A stretch of 37,497 bases of DNA from Myxococcota bacterium. Its GTDB lineage: Bacteria; Myxococcota_A; UBA9160; UBA4427. The position numbers were made by a program, and so were the translations under genes. The DNA lies in contig JANQSB010000622.1 in the NCBI GenBank assembly GCA_028284295.1, positions 1 through 37,497 on the forward strand, in the 5' to 3' direction. The notes beneath the pieces were generated by a model, which was given only the letters and a program-made list of their open reading frames with translations, did no database searches and was not told where the DNA came from. Of this stretch, positions 9,752 to 21,687 are shown one piece after another. The stretch's first letter is position 1. Every line of letters starts with the position of its first letter.

Positions 9752-11926
9752 CTAGTCGCGATCTGCGGAGGCCGGGAAGCGCTTCCGCATGGGCTCGACA
9801 CCGGCTCGGAGCTCGGGAGAGAGCTCTTCCAGGGATCGGGACATGCGGCGGGACCAGCTCCGGTGGGAGGTGAGCGGCACCCCCGGAAGGTTCACCGGAT
9901 CCCGCTCTTCCGCCAGGTCGTCGAGGGAGACGCTGGCGAGGATGCACGGGGTCGCCGCGAGGAAAGCGTGGACCGCGTCTCGCAGGCCGGCGGAATCGGG
10001 CGTGTCGCCGCCGCCCTCGGGAGCCAGGAAGCCCTCGGTGCGCAGCGCGGCGACGAGCCCCTCCTTCGCCTGCCGGCGTTCCTCGTAGGCCGGCGACACG
10101 GCGGGATCCGGGTCGACACCGTTGGCGGCGGCGCGCAGGTCGAGGTCGCTTCCCTGGAAGTGGCCGGCGAGGGGCGCGAGATCGTGGGTCGAGACGCTCG
10201 CCAGCGCCCGGGGCGGGTAGTGGGAGGTGGGTCGGAAGTGGTGGTCGTCGTTCTCGAAGTAGACCACCGACGAGCGCAGCAGTCCCCAGTCGGCCAGCAT
10301 GCCCGGGAGCTCCGGCGGCAGGGTCCCCAGGTCTTCCGCGACGAGCACCGTGTCCTGCCGACGGCTCTCCAGGGCCAGGATGCCGAGCAGGTCGTCGGCC
10401 CGGTAGCTGACGTATGCGCCCTCGCTACCGGGACGCCCCTCCGGGATCCAGAAGAGGCGCAGCAATCCCATGGCGTGGTCGATGCGGAGCGCGCCGGAGT
10501 GTGTGCAGGCGGCTCGCACCAGCTCCGACCAGGGACGATAGGCCTGGGCCCGCAGCCGATGTGGATCGAAAGGGGGAAAGCCCCAGTCCTGGCCTTCCGG
10601 CGCGTAGGCGTCGGGCGGTGCACCGACCTGGGCACCGGCAGCGAAGAGGTCCTGGGCCATCCAAGCGTCCGCCGAGGCCCGGGCGGAGCCCAGCGCGAGG
10701 TCCTGGTAGAGACCCAGGGTACAGCCGGCGTCTCGCAGGGAGCGGTCGGTCTCCGCGAGCTGGCGGTCGAGCTCGAACTGCAGCCAGCAGCGGAAGTCGA
10801 CCTCGTCCGCGTGGTCCCGGTGGAAGGCGGCGACCGCGGTGCTGTCGGGGTCGCGCAGGGGGGCGGGCCAGCGCCACCACGCAGAGCCGGGCTCGTTGCC
10901 GAGTCGGCCCCGGTGCTCGGCCAGGGTCTCCCAGATCGCGAAGTCCCGCAGCGTCGAGCCCTCGCGATCGCGGTAGTCCGCGTAGGCCTGCTTCCGGCTC
11001 GGCGACGCGCAGCGAATGAAGGTGGCATACAGCTCGCGGAGCACGGGCAGCATCGCTTCGAGCACCGCCTCGTGATCGATCCGGGCGGCGGCCTCGAGCG
11101 CGACCCGACGCGCCCGCCGCTGCGGGTCGTCGAGGAGCTTGCGGGCGCCCGAGCTCCGGGCGAGCTCCGGCACCGCCTCCGGGTCCAGGTAGAGGATGTT
11201 CCGGTAGAGCCGGCTCGACGGACTGTACGGCGAGTAGTCCAGTCCCCGATTCGTGACCGCATGCAGGGGATTGATGCCGACGAACGCCGCCCCCGACTCT
11301 CCCGCCATGCGCCCGAGCTCGCGCAGCTCGCGAAGGCCCCCGTGCCCCCAACCGCCGTCTCCGCCGGAGCGGAGCGTGTAGGCGTTGGCCCAGATTCCGA
11401 AGGCCCGATCTCCGATCCGCTCCTCGGGCTGCAGGCTGGTGCGCGGCGCCATCACCAGGCGCTGGCTCCCGCGCCGACTGCCGCCCGGAGCGTCCAGCTC
11501 GATCCGGATCTCGTGGTATCCCAGCGGTGGCTTGCAGGGCAGCGGGAGGTCGACGACGGCCTGTTCGCGTGACTCGGGCAGGGAACCCCGGGAGCTCTCG
11601 CACTCTCCGCTCTCGAGTCGCAGCTCGATCCGGTAGTCGCGGGCGTCGCCGAGGGCGGCTGCGTTCAGACGCAGCTCCGGACGGCCCTCGGCCCACTCGC
11701 GCCAGACGAGGACCGGCTCCAGGAGGCGCTCGCGCGCTTCGCGATCCAGGGCATCGAGAGCGCGCGTGGCGCCGGCCTCGGTGCTCCCGTCGTGGCCCAT
11801 GGCGGCCACCAGGGCTTCGCGGGTGGCGTCCGAGGTGAGTCGGTCGCTTCCGTCGACGTCGCGATAGGTCTCGAGGATCCCCAGCCGCTGCGAGAGCGTG
11901 CGAAGCGCTCGTCGCTCGCTGCTCAT
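9752..11926 (-). CDS. malQ: 4-alpha-glucanotransferase (amylomaltase, GH77)
   Basis: SPYSPSSR, GAPPD, LRIDHAMG, AEDLG and STHD. The real start is the ATG at 11926 (MSSERR), overlapping the glgB stop (ATGA). The ORF-track extension to 12472 overlaps glgB. Confidence 0.95.
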   Translation of the reverse strand: MSSERRALRTLSQRLGILETYRDVDGSDRLTSDATREALVAAMGHDGSTEAGATRALDALDREARERLLEPVLVWREWAEGRPELRLNAAALGDARDYRIELRLESGECESSRGSLPESREQAVVDLPLPCKPPLGYHEIRIELDAPGGSRRGSQRLVMAPRTSLQPEERIGDRAFGIWANAYTLRSGGDGGWGHGGLRELRELGRMAGESGAAFVGINPLHAVTNRGLDYSPYSPSSRLYRNILYLDPEAVPELARSSGARKLLDDPQRRARRVALEAAARIDHEAVLEAMLPVLRELYATFIRCASPSRKQAYADYRDREGSTLRDFAIWETLAEHRGRLGNEPGSAWWRWPAPLRDPDSTAVAAFHRDHADEVDFRCWLQFELDRQLAETDRSLRDAGCTLGLYQDLALGSARASADAWMAQDLFAAGAQVGAPPDAYAPEGQDWGFPPFDPHRLRAQAYRPWSELVRAACTHSGALRIDHAMGLLRLFWIPEGRPGSEGAYVSYRADDLLGILALESRRQDTVLVAEDLGTLPPELPGMLADWGLLRSSVVYFENDDHHFRPTSHYPPRALASVSTHDLAPLAGHFQGSDLDLRAAANGVDPDPAVSPAYEERRQAKEGLVAALRTEGFLAPEGGGDTPDSAGLRDAVHAFLAATPCILASVSLDDLAEERDPVNLPGVPLTSHRSWSRRMSRSLEELSPELRAGVEPMRKRFPASADRD

Positions 11927-14138
11927 TCCGGGTCCTGGAGCAGGACGATCGCCGACAGGGGCGGCAGCTTCACCCGAATGGAGGACGGGAACCCGTGCCA
12001 CGGCACCGCGTCGGCGACGAGGTGGTCCTGGTCCGACCAGCCGCTGCCTCCGAACTCCCGGGCGTCGGTGTCCAGGCGCTTCGCGTAGCGACCCGTGCCG
12101 GGAACGCCGATCCGGTACTCGTCGCGCGGCGTCGGCGTCAGGTTGAGGATCACGATGGCGTGTCGTTCGCCGTCCCGGCGGAGATAGGAGAACACGCTGT
12201 TCTCCCGGTCCTGGCAGTCGATCCACTCGAAGCTCTCGGGCTCCGGGTCGCGGCGCCAGAAGCTCGGCTCCGAGCGGTACAGCGCCCCCAGGTCCGACAG
12301 GTAGCGACTCAGTCCGGAGCGGAGCGGGTCTCCGGCGAGGTGCCAGTCGAGGCTCTTCTGGTGGTCCCACTCGTCCCAGGGCGCGAGCTCCCCGTCCATG
12401 AAGAGCAGCGTCTTTCCCGGACGGGTCCACTGGTAGGCGAAGAGGGCGCGCAGGTTGGCGAAGCGCTGCCACTCGTCACCGGGCATCCGCGAGAGGAGCG
12501 ATCCCTTGCCGTGCACGACCTCGTCGTGGGAGAGCGGGTTCAGGAAGCGCTCGGAGTGCTCGTAGAGCATCGCGAAGGTGAGCTCGTCCTGGTGCCAGCG
12601 GCGGTGCACGGGGTCCCGTCCGAAGAAGCGCAGGGTGTCGTGCATCCAGCCCATGTTCCACTTGAAGGTGAAGCCCAGACCGCCTTCGGACACGTCCCGC
12701 GTGACGCCGGGCCAGGAGGTCGACTCCTCGGCGGCCGTGAAGCAGCCGGGCTGCTCGCGCTTGAGGGTCGCGTTCAGCTCCCGCAGGAAGTCGATGGCCT
12801 CCAGGTTCTCCCGGCCTCCGTACTGGTTGGGCTCCCAGTGGCCGGGATCGCGCGAGTAGTCGAGGTAGAGCATCGAAGCGACGGCGTCGACGCGCAGGCC
12901 GTCGATGTGGAAGAGCTCCAGCCAGTAGAGGGCATTCGCGATCAGGAAGTTGCGGACTTCGCGGCGCCCATAGTTGAAGATCAGGGTGCCCCAGTCGGGA
13001 TGCTCTCCCCGGCGCGGATCCTCGTGCTCGTAGAGTGCGGTGCCGTCGAAGCGCCGCAGCGCGAAGTCGTCGCGGGGGAAGTGTGCCGGGACCCAGTCGA
13101 GGACGACCCCCACGTCGTGCTGGTGACACACGTCCACGAAGTGGCGGAAGTCGTCCGGCGTTCCGTAGCGCGAGCTCGGCGCGAAGTAGCCGGTCACCTG
13201 ATAGCCCCAGGAGCCGTCGAAGGGGTGCTCGGCGATGGGCAGGAGCTCGACGTGGGTGAAGCCGCGCTCCTTGACGTGTGCGGCCAGCCGGGGCGCGATC
13301 TCCCGATAGGAGAGCCAGCGGTTGCCCTCCTCCGGAATCCGGGCCCAGGATCCGAGGTGGACCTCGTAGATGGAGATCGGCTCGCGGGTCGGATCGCTCT
13401 GCGCGCGTCGCTTCATCCAGCGGGCGTCGGACCAGCGGTAGCTGGAGGCGACGACGCGCGAGGCGTTGCGCGGTGGGAGCTCCGCGGCCTGGCCCATGGG
13501 ATCGGCCTTCAGGCGCACGGATCCCGTGGCGGTCCGGATCTCGAACTTGTAGAGGGCGCCGGGGGCAGCGCCGGGGACGAAGAGCTCCCAGATCCCGGAC
13601 GCGCCGAGGCTCCGCATCGGAAGCAGTCGACCGTCCCAGCCGCAGAAGTCGCCCACCAGGCTGACGCCGGCGGCATTGGGCGCCCAGACGGTGAAGCGCA
13701 CGCCGTCGACGTCGTCGATGCGGCAGGGGCGGGCACCCAGGGCCTCCCACAGTCGGCGGTGTGTGCCTTCGGAGACCAGGTGGATGTCGAGCTCGCCCAG
13801 GGTGGGCAGGAAGCGGTAGGGGTCTCCGCGCTCCCAGGTTCCGCCGCCCTCGAAGTGGAATCGAAGGTCGTAGGCGAGGGGCAGCTCGCCCGGGACCACG
13901 CCCTCGAAGAGCCCGGCCGGGTGGCTGCGACGCAGGGGCAGGTCCTTGCCGTCCCGGAACACGCACTCGGCGCGGACGGCGTCGGGATGGAAGGCCCGGA
14001 TCCGCACGCCCCGGCGACCGTTCTCCTGCGCGGGGTGGGCGCCGAGAAGCCGGTGGGGCTCCGGGTGGCGGCCCTCGATCAGGCGCCGCAGCTCGTCGTC
14101 GCCAGGGCTTCCGGTATTCGAGTCGGTCGGGAGGGTGC

Positions 14139-14142
<4 letters not shown>
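11923..14142 (-). CDS. glgB: 1,4-alpha-glucan branching enzyme (GH13)
   Basis: IYEVHLGSW, SWGYQVTGYFAP, DGLRVDAVASM, AEEST and LSHDEVVHGK. Confidence 0.97.
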
Positions 14143-16229
<2,087 letters not shown>

Positions 16230-16238
16230 GCGCGCAGT

Positions 16239-17693
16239 CTACATCCGCGCCGCGGCGTCGGCGGCGACGTCGGCCAGCTCGCGTTCCCAGGCCGCGACGG
16301 GCTCGCGCCAGGAGACGTCCTCGGAGAGCAGCGTCCGGGTCAGGTTGTCGCCGTGCTGTCGCTGCAGGGCGGCTCCCTGGGTGGCGGCCTCCACGAGGGC
16401 CTCGGCCGTGAGCTCCTGGAACAGGATCCCCGTCTCGAACGAACGGATCGTGTCGCGCAGGCCGCCCACCGCGTGGGCGATGGGCAGGCTTCCGTAGCGC
16501 TGGGCGAGCCGTTGCACCAGGCCGCAGGGCTCGAAGCGGGAGGGGATCAGCAGCGCGTCCGAGCCGGCATAGATCCGCCGGGCGAGGCCATCGTTCCAGC
16601 CGGTCTGGAACGCGATCCGCTCGGGCCAACGTCGGGCGAGGGTCGCGATGCGCTTCCGAAGCTCCGGCTCTCCGTCTCCCAGGAGCGCGAGCGAAGCGCC
16701 CCGCTCCACGAGAGCCGGCGCGGCGTCGGCCAGCACGTCCCAGCCCTTCTGGGCGGCGAGTCTTCCCACGCAGGCCAGCAGCCAGCCCGGCTTCGGAGTC
16801 TCGAGGCCGAGCTCCTGGCCGAGTGCCTCCCGACACTGGGCCCGTCCCGAGGTGGCCTGGGCGGAGAACTGCGCCGGCAGGGCGGCGTCCTTGTCGGGAT
16901 CGTAGGCATCGGCGTCGATTCCGTTGACGATGCCCGTGAGGCGACCCGCGCGGTAGCGGTACAGGCCCTCGAGCCCCGCTCCGAACTCCGCCGTCTGCAG
17001 CTCCTCGGCGTAGCTGGGCGAGACGGCGACGATGCGGTCCGCCCAACCCAGGCCGCCCTTCAGCAGCGAGATCTGGCCGTAGAACTCGAGGCCGTCCGGG
17101 GCGAAGAACTCTCCGGGCAGGCCCGCCACCTCCAGCAGTCCGGCCTCGAATCTGCCCTGGTATGCGTTGTTGTGGACGACCTGTACGGTCCCGATGCCGC
17201 GGCCGGGGCCGCGATCGTGAAGGGTCCGCAGGATGCAGATCGAGAGCGCGGCCTGCCAGTCGTGGGCGACCATCACGTGGGGAGCGAGCTCCGCGCAACG
17301 CGCGGCGGCGGCACGCGAGAAGGCGGTGAAGCGGTAGCCCTCGTCGAGGCCGCCGTAGATCGCATCGCGAGCGAAGAGATCCGAGAGCTCGAGCAGGTGC
17401 AGGGTCAGCGGCCCGAGGTGGCCGGTGTGCCAGCGACCGTCGAGTGGATCGCCGGCAAGGTCGAGACGGATCGGGCCGCCGTCCCGGAGCTCGAGTGCCG
17501 AGGCCTGCTGTAGCGCAGCGCTGTGGGCGGGTACGATGCAGTGCAGCTCGTGGCCGCGCGCGGCCAGCGCGCGGGCGAGTCCGGCGACGGCCTCCCCGAG
17601 CCCGCCCGTCTGGACGATGGGAGCGAGCTCCGAAGAGACGAAAGCCAGCCGGAGTCGAGCGGCCGGCTGGCCCCTGGCCGCCCGGGGCGGCAC
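16239..17693 (-). CDS. glgA: Glycogen synthase (GT5)
   Basis: ELAPIVQTGGLG, HDWQ, HNNAYQG, GIVNGID, GRLAAQKG and PSRFEPCGL. GTG start overlaps the glgC stop; the exact start is uncertain. Confidence 0.93.
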   Translation of the reverse strand: MPPRAARGQPAARLRLAFVSSELAPIVQTGGLGEAVAGLARALAARGHELHCIVPAHSAALQQASALELRDGGPIRLDLAGDPLDGRWHTGHLGPLTLHLLELSDLFARDAIYGGLDEGYRFTAFSRAAAARCAELAPHVMVAHDWQAALSICILRTLHDRGPGRGIGTVQVVHNNAYQGRFEAGLLEVAGLPGEFFAPDGLEFYGQISLLKGGLGWADRIVAVSPSYAEELQTAEFGAGLEGLYRYRAGRLTGIVNGIDADAYDPDKDAALPAQFSAQATSGRAQCREALGQELGLETPKPGWLLACVGRLAAQKGWDVLADAAPALVERGASLALLGDGEPELRKRIATLARRWPERIAFQTGWNDGLARRIYAGSDALLIPSRFEPCGLVQRLAQRYGSLPIAHAVGGLRDTIRSFETGILFQELTAEALVEAATQGAALQRQHGDNLTRTLLSEDVSWREPVAAWERELADVAADAAARM

Positions 17694-18940
17694 TAGAGAT
17701 CGTACTCGTCGCGCTGACCGAAGTCCGTGCGGGTGACGACGACGACCCCGCCATCGCTGACGGTGAAGCGCTCCGCGTCGTGCTCGGGATCTTCCCCGAT
17801 CACCTCGCCCGGCGGGATCTGGACACCCTTGTCCACGATGCAGCGTCGCAGGCGGGCACCCCGGCCGACCTGGACCCTGGGGAAGAGGACCGAGTCCTCC
17901 ACCGAAGCGAAGCTGTTGACCCGGACGCCGGACGAGCAGACGGTGCGCTCGACCTGTCCGCCCGACACGATGACGTCAGAGCCCACGATGGAGTCGTGGG
18001 CGGAGCCGACGCGGTTCCGATCCTCGTCGGCGAACACGAACTTGCACGGACCCCCGGGCGTCACGCCGCCGATCGGCCACTCCGGGTTGTAGAGGTTCAG
18101 ATGAGGGTCGACGGCTACCAGGTCCATGCTGGCTTCATAGTAGGAGTCCAGCGTGCCGACGTCCCGCCAGTAGCCTCGGGCCGACTCGGCCTCTCCGGGG
18201 ACCTGCTGGGTCGCGAGGTCGTAGGCGGCGACCTTGAGGCGCTCGTGGGCGCTGCTCAGGATGTCGCGTCCGAAGTCGTGGGTGGTCGCGTCGAGAGACG
18301 CGTTCCGGCGCAGCTCCGCCATCAGGGCGTCACGGCTGAACACGTAGTTGCCCATCGAGACCAGGGTGCGGTTCGGGTCGCCGGGAAGCCCGGGCGGATC
18401 CTCGGGCTTCTCGAGGAAGCTCGTCACCCAGCCGCCCCCGTCTACGGCGACGCACCCGAAGGCGCGCGCTTCCTCGCGTGGCACCGACACCGTGGAGACG
18501 GTGAGGTCCGCTCCCATGGCCTCGTGGTACTCGAGCATCTCGTGCACGTTCATCTTGTAGATGTGGTCCGCGCCGAAGATGAGGACGTCGCGAGGATGGG
18601 CGTGGCGCAGCAGGTCGAGGTTCTGCCAGATGGCGTCCGCGGTTCCGCGGAACCAGGTCGGCCCGATGTTCATCGAGGCCGGAACGGATTCGATGTACTC
18701 GTCGGCCACGTTGGAGGCGAGAGCCCAGTGGCGCGCCACGTGCTGGACCAACGAAGTGGCGCGGTACTGGGTGAGGACCCGGATCCGGCGGATGCCGCTG
18801 TTGACGAGGTTCGAGAGAACGAAGTCGACGAGTCGGTACTGCCCACCGAAGTGCACCGCCGGCTTGGCGCGCTCGTTGGTGAGCGGGCTCAGCCTTCGTC
18901 CTTCACCACCCGCCAGCACCAGGGCCAGGGTGTCGCTCAT
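17693..18940 (-). CDS. glgC: Glucose-1-phosphate adenylyltransferase
   Basis: LAGGEGRRLSPLT..RAKPAVHFGG, GTADAI, FLEKP, SMGNYVF and YWRDVGT. ATG at 18940 with GGGGAG SD. Confidence 0.97.
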   Translation of the reverse strand: MSDTLALVLAGGEGRRLSPLTNERAKPAVHFGGQYRLVDFVLSNLVNSGIRRIRVLTQYRATSLVQHVARHWALASNVADEYIESVPASMNIGPTWFRGTADAIWQNLDLLRHAHPRDVLIFGADHIYKMNVHEMLEYHEAMGADLTVSTVSVPREEARAFGCVAVDGGGWVTSFLEKPEDPPGLPGDPNRTLVSMGNYVFSRDALMAELRRNASLDATTHDFGRDILSSAHERLKVAAYDLATQQVPGEAESARGYWRDVGTLDSYYEASMDLVAVDPHLNLYNPEWPIGGVTPGGPCKFVFADEDRNRVGSAHDSIVGSDVIVSGGQVERTVCSSGVRVNSFASVEDSVLFPRVQVGRGARLRRCIVDKGVQIPPGEVIGEDPEHDAERFTVSDGGVVVVTRTDFGQRDEYDL

Positions 18941-18970
18941 GCTCCCCGCTCCTTCCGGGACTCTGGCGGA

Positions 18971-19013
18971 ATTATGGCTCACGGGATCGGGCGCCGGTGT
19001 CGCCCAGACGACA
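18971..19013 (-). promoter_or_regulatory. glg operon promoter: -10 CATAAT (18976-18971) plus perfect box TGTCG-cccaga-CGACA (18998-19013) at -41.5
   Basis: The box centre (19005.5) is 29.5 nt from the first base of the -10 hexamer, the same spacing as the 5041 site. No good -35 element. Confidence 0.62.
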
Positions 19014-19132
19014 TGGAGATGCGATCGGGGCGTCGCTTCCGAGGAGTTGGGATGAAGATCGGCGCACCGGACGGAGCGATGAAGGGCATGGAGGAGATGA
19101 AGGCAAGGAAGTCGGCCTCGTCCCGATGGGGC

Positions 19133-19148
19133 TGACGTCCAGGCGACA
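19133..19148. promoter_or_regulatory. Degenerate copy of the box, TGACG-tccagg-CGACA
   Basis: One mismatch to consensus. Upstream of DUF2238, whose extended -10 (TGgTACCGT) is at 19192-19200. Confidence 0.35.
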
Positions 19149-19220
19149 CTCTTGTCAGATGGCCCGCTCGTCTGGGCGCCTGGCCGCACGGTGGTACCGT
19201 CGTCCTCACGGAGGACGGCG

Positions 19221-19844
19221 ATGGGGATCTTCCGCGATCCGGTCGTCGCCGCGGCCTGGACGAGCTACGGCGTCGTGTGGTTGGCGCTGGCGATCGTACC
19301 GACCGACCGCGGGGACTGGCTCCTCGAGAACCTTCTGGTCTTTGCCGCATGGGGTGGGCTGGTTGCCCTTCACCGTCGTCACCCGCTGTCGCGCGGGTCG
19401 AGCTGGGCGGTCGCCGCCTTCCTGCTCCTGCACGCGTTGGGCGCGAACTCCACCTACTCGCAGTCGCCGATCGGAGCCTGGGCGATGGGCCTCTTCGGCC
19501 TCGAGCGCAACCCCTACGACCGGGCGGTGCACTTCGCGTTCGGCCTGCTCCTGGCGGTTCCGCTGCGACAGCTCGCCGAGGAGGCACTGGCCTTGCGCCG
19601 AAGCCTGGCCGTCGCGTTCTCCGTCATGGCGGTGCTGGCGAGCGGGGCCGTGTACGAGATGATCGAATGGTGGGCGGCCCACGTGGTGAGCCCCGAGCTC
19701 GGCATCGCGTTCGTGGGTGCCCAGGGCGACGTGTGGGACGCCCAGAAGGACACGAGCGCAGCGCTCGTCGGTGCGATCCTGGCCCTCGGCGGAGAGTGGC
19801 TCGCGAAGGGCTGGCGCCGACGACCTCTCCGCATTCTCGGATGA
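19221..19844 (+). CDS. DUF2238/YjdF-family inner membrane protein
   Basis: DWLLEN, RNPYDRAVHF, YEMIEWW and GAQGDVWDAQKD. GGAGGA SD before the ATG at 19221. Confidence 0.88.
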   Translation: MGIFRDPVVAAAWTSYGVVWLALAIVPTDRGDWLLENLLVFAAWGGLVALHRRHPLSRGSSWAVAAFLLLHALGANSTYSQSPIGAWAMGLFGLERNPYDRAVHFAFGLLLAVPLRQLAEEALALRRSLAVAFSVMAVLASGAVYEMIEWWAAHVVSPELGIAFVGAQGDVWDAQKDTSAALVGAILALGGEWLAKGWRRRPLRILG

Positions 19845-19946
19845 AGACCGGCAGCTGCTCCTTCTCGTGATCCGCACGCGGTCGTGAGTGCCGGTGGAAT
19901 GCCAGCCGCGCAGGAAGGCGTGGGCGCATCCCGCTACGCTATCCGA

Positions 19947-21644
19947 GTGAGCCCGGTTTCCGTCTCGCCCCGCGAGTCCGAAGCACAGCGTTCTCCGCCC
20001 GGACGGCTCGGAAGGAAGGAGCTGGCATGGGCCGCCCTCCTGCTTCTCGGGACGGTCCTCCTCTACGGTCGCGTCGGGGACTTCGACTTCCTCGTCTACG
20101 ACGACGGCCTGTACATCGGCCAGAATCCCGTCGTCCTGCAGGGCCTGAGCTGGAAGGGCCTGGCCTGGGCGGTGACGAGCGCCGAGTACGCCTGCAACTG
20201 GCACCCGGTCACGTGGGCTGCGCACATGCTCGACGTGAGCTTGTTCGGAGTCACGGATCCCGCCGGGCACCACCTCATGAGTGCGGCGATCCATGCCCTG
20301 AACGGAGCGCTCCTGTTTCTCGTGCTGCACTCCCTGACCGGCGCCCGATGGCCGAGCTTGATCGTGGCCGTGTTGTTCGCGTGGCATCCGCTACGGGTGG
20401 AGTCGGTCGCCTGGGTGGCGGAGCGCAAGGACCTGCTTTCGGGTCTCCTCTTTCTCCTCACCCTGCAGGTGTATGCGGGATGGGTTCGGGACCGGCGAAC
20501 CACGCGCTTCGTTCTCCTGCTCGCCGTGTTCGCCATGGGCCTCATGGCCAAGCCGGTCCTCGTGCCCCTCCCGGCACTGCTTCTTCTGATCGATCGCTGG
20601 CCTCTCGCCCGACCGGAATCCTGGCGCGCGCTCGTCGCCGAGAAGCTCCCGCTCTTCGGCATGAGCTTCCTCTCGGGCGTGATGACGATCCGATCCCAGG
20701 CACTCGGAGGGTGTACGGAGTACATCCACGAGGGTGTGCCGCTGCTCGATCGACTCGGGAACGCTGCCATCGGAACCCTTCGATACATCGGAAAGACCCT
20801 GGTCCCCGTCGATCTGGCGGTCTTCTACCCCCATCCAGCCGTGGTGGACCCGGGTGGCGGCGGGGCCTGGAGCGCGCTCGCGGCAGCCCTGTTGCTCGCT
20901 GCCCTCAGCATCGGAGCCTTCCGGGTCCGTTCGCGTGCTCCGGCGGTAGCCGTCGGCTGGTTCTGGTTCCTCGGGATGCTCCTGCCGGTCAGTGGTGCGG
21001 TCCAGGTGGGCGGGCAGGCGATCGCGGACCGCTACACCTACCTCAGCACCATCGGCCTCGGCATCGCGATCGTGTGGGGTCTTCGCGCCGTCGCCGAGGG
21101 GAAGCCCGGGGCGAAGAAGCCGTTGATCGTCCTGGCCGTTGCTGGCAGCCTCGCCGCTGCGTGGCTCACGTGGCGGCAGCTGCCGGTCTGGGCGAACTCG
21201 CGTTCGCTATTCGAACACGCGCTTGCCGTGACCGACAGGAACTACGTCGCCCATTCGAATCTGGGCCTTCTCGACGGATACGCCGCGCAGCTCGCTCTGT
21301 CGGAGGGCCGACCGGAAGGACAGGCCCTTCTCGCCAGCGCGATGCGCCACTATCGGGAGTCCGTGCGCATCCTGCCGAGCTTCTATGACGGGCACGTCAA
21401 CCTGGGCTGGCTGCTCTACCTGGGTGGATCCTACGCAGCGGCCGTCGCCGAGCTCGAGACCGCACACGAGATCCGCCCGGACCTGGCGGACCCGCTCTGG
21501 AAGTTGGGCCTGGCCCGGGCGCAGCTCGGCGAGTGGGACGAGGCCATTGCGAACCTCGAGCGCGCGCATGCGCTGACCCCGGAGAACACGGCCATCGAGG
21601 AGGCCCTGCGATACGCCCGGTCCCAGCGCGCGCTCGACCCCTGA
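19947..21644 (+). CDS. TMTC-like GT-C glycosyltransferase with C-terminal TPR repeats
   Basis: FLVYDD after TM1, NWHPVTW, HPLRVESVAWVAERKD, ADRYTYL and TPR-like C-terminus. Start set at GTG 19947, 6 nt after TACGCT; the ORF track starts at 19884. Confidence 0.85.
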   Translation: MSPVSVSPRESEAQRSPPGRLGRKELAWAALLLLGTVLLYGRVGDFDFLVYDDGLYIGQNPVVLQGLSWKGLAWAVTSAEYACNWHPVTWAAHMLDVSLFGVTDPAGHHLMSAAIHALNGALLFLVLHSLTGARWPSLIVAVLFAWHPLRVESVAWVAERKDLLSGLLFLLTLQVYAGWVRDRRTTRFVLLLAVFAMGLMAKPVLVPLPALLLLIDRWPLARPESWRALVAEKLPLFGMSFLSGVMTIRSQALGGCTEYIHEGVPLLDRLGNAAIGTLRYIGKTLVPVDLAVFYPHPAVVDPGGGGAWSALAAALLLAALSIGAFRVRSRAPAVAVGWFWFLGMLLPVSGAVQVGGQAIADRYTYLSTIGLGIAIVWGLRAVAEGKPGAKKPLIVLAVAGSLAAAWLTWRQLPVWANSRSLFEHALAVTDRNYVAHSNLGLLDGYAAQLALSEGRPEGQALLASAMRHYRESVRILPSFYDGHVNLGWLLYLGGSYAAAVAELETAHEIRPDLADPLWKLGLARAQLGEWDEAIANLERAHALTPENTAIEEALRYARSQRALDP

Positions 21645-21663
21645 CCGTGCCTCTCGAGAGCGC

Positions 21664-21683
21664 GGAGCGGCCGCTACCGCTCC
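21664..21683. terminator. GC hairpin GGAGCGG-ccgcta-CCGCTCC between convergent genes
   Basis: 7-bp stem, no U-tract. Confidence 0.3.
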
Positions 21684-21687
21684 ACCC

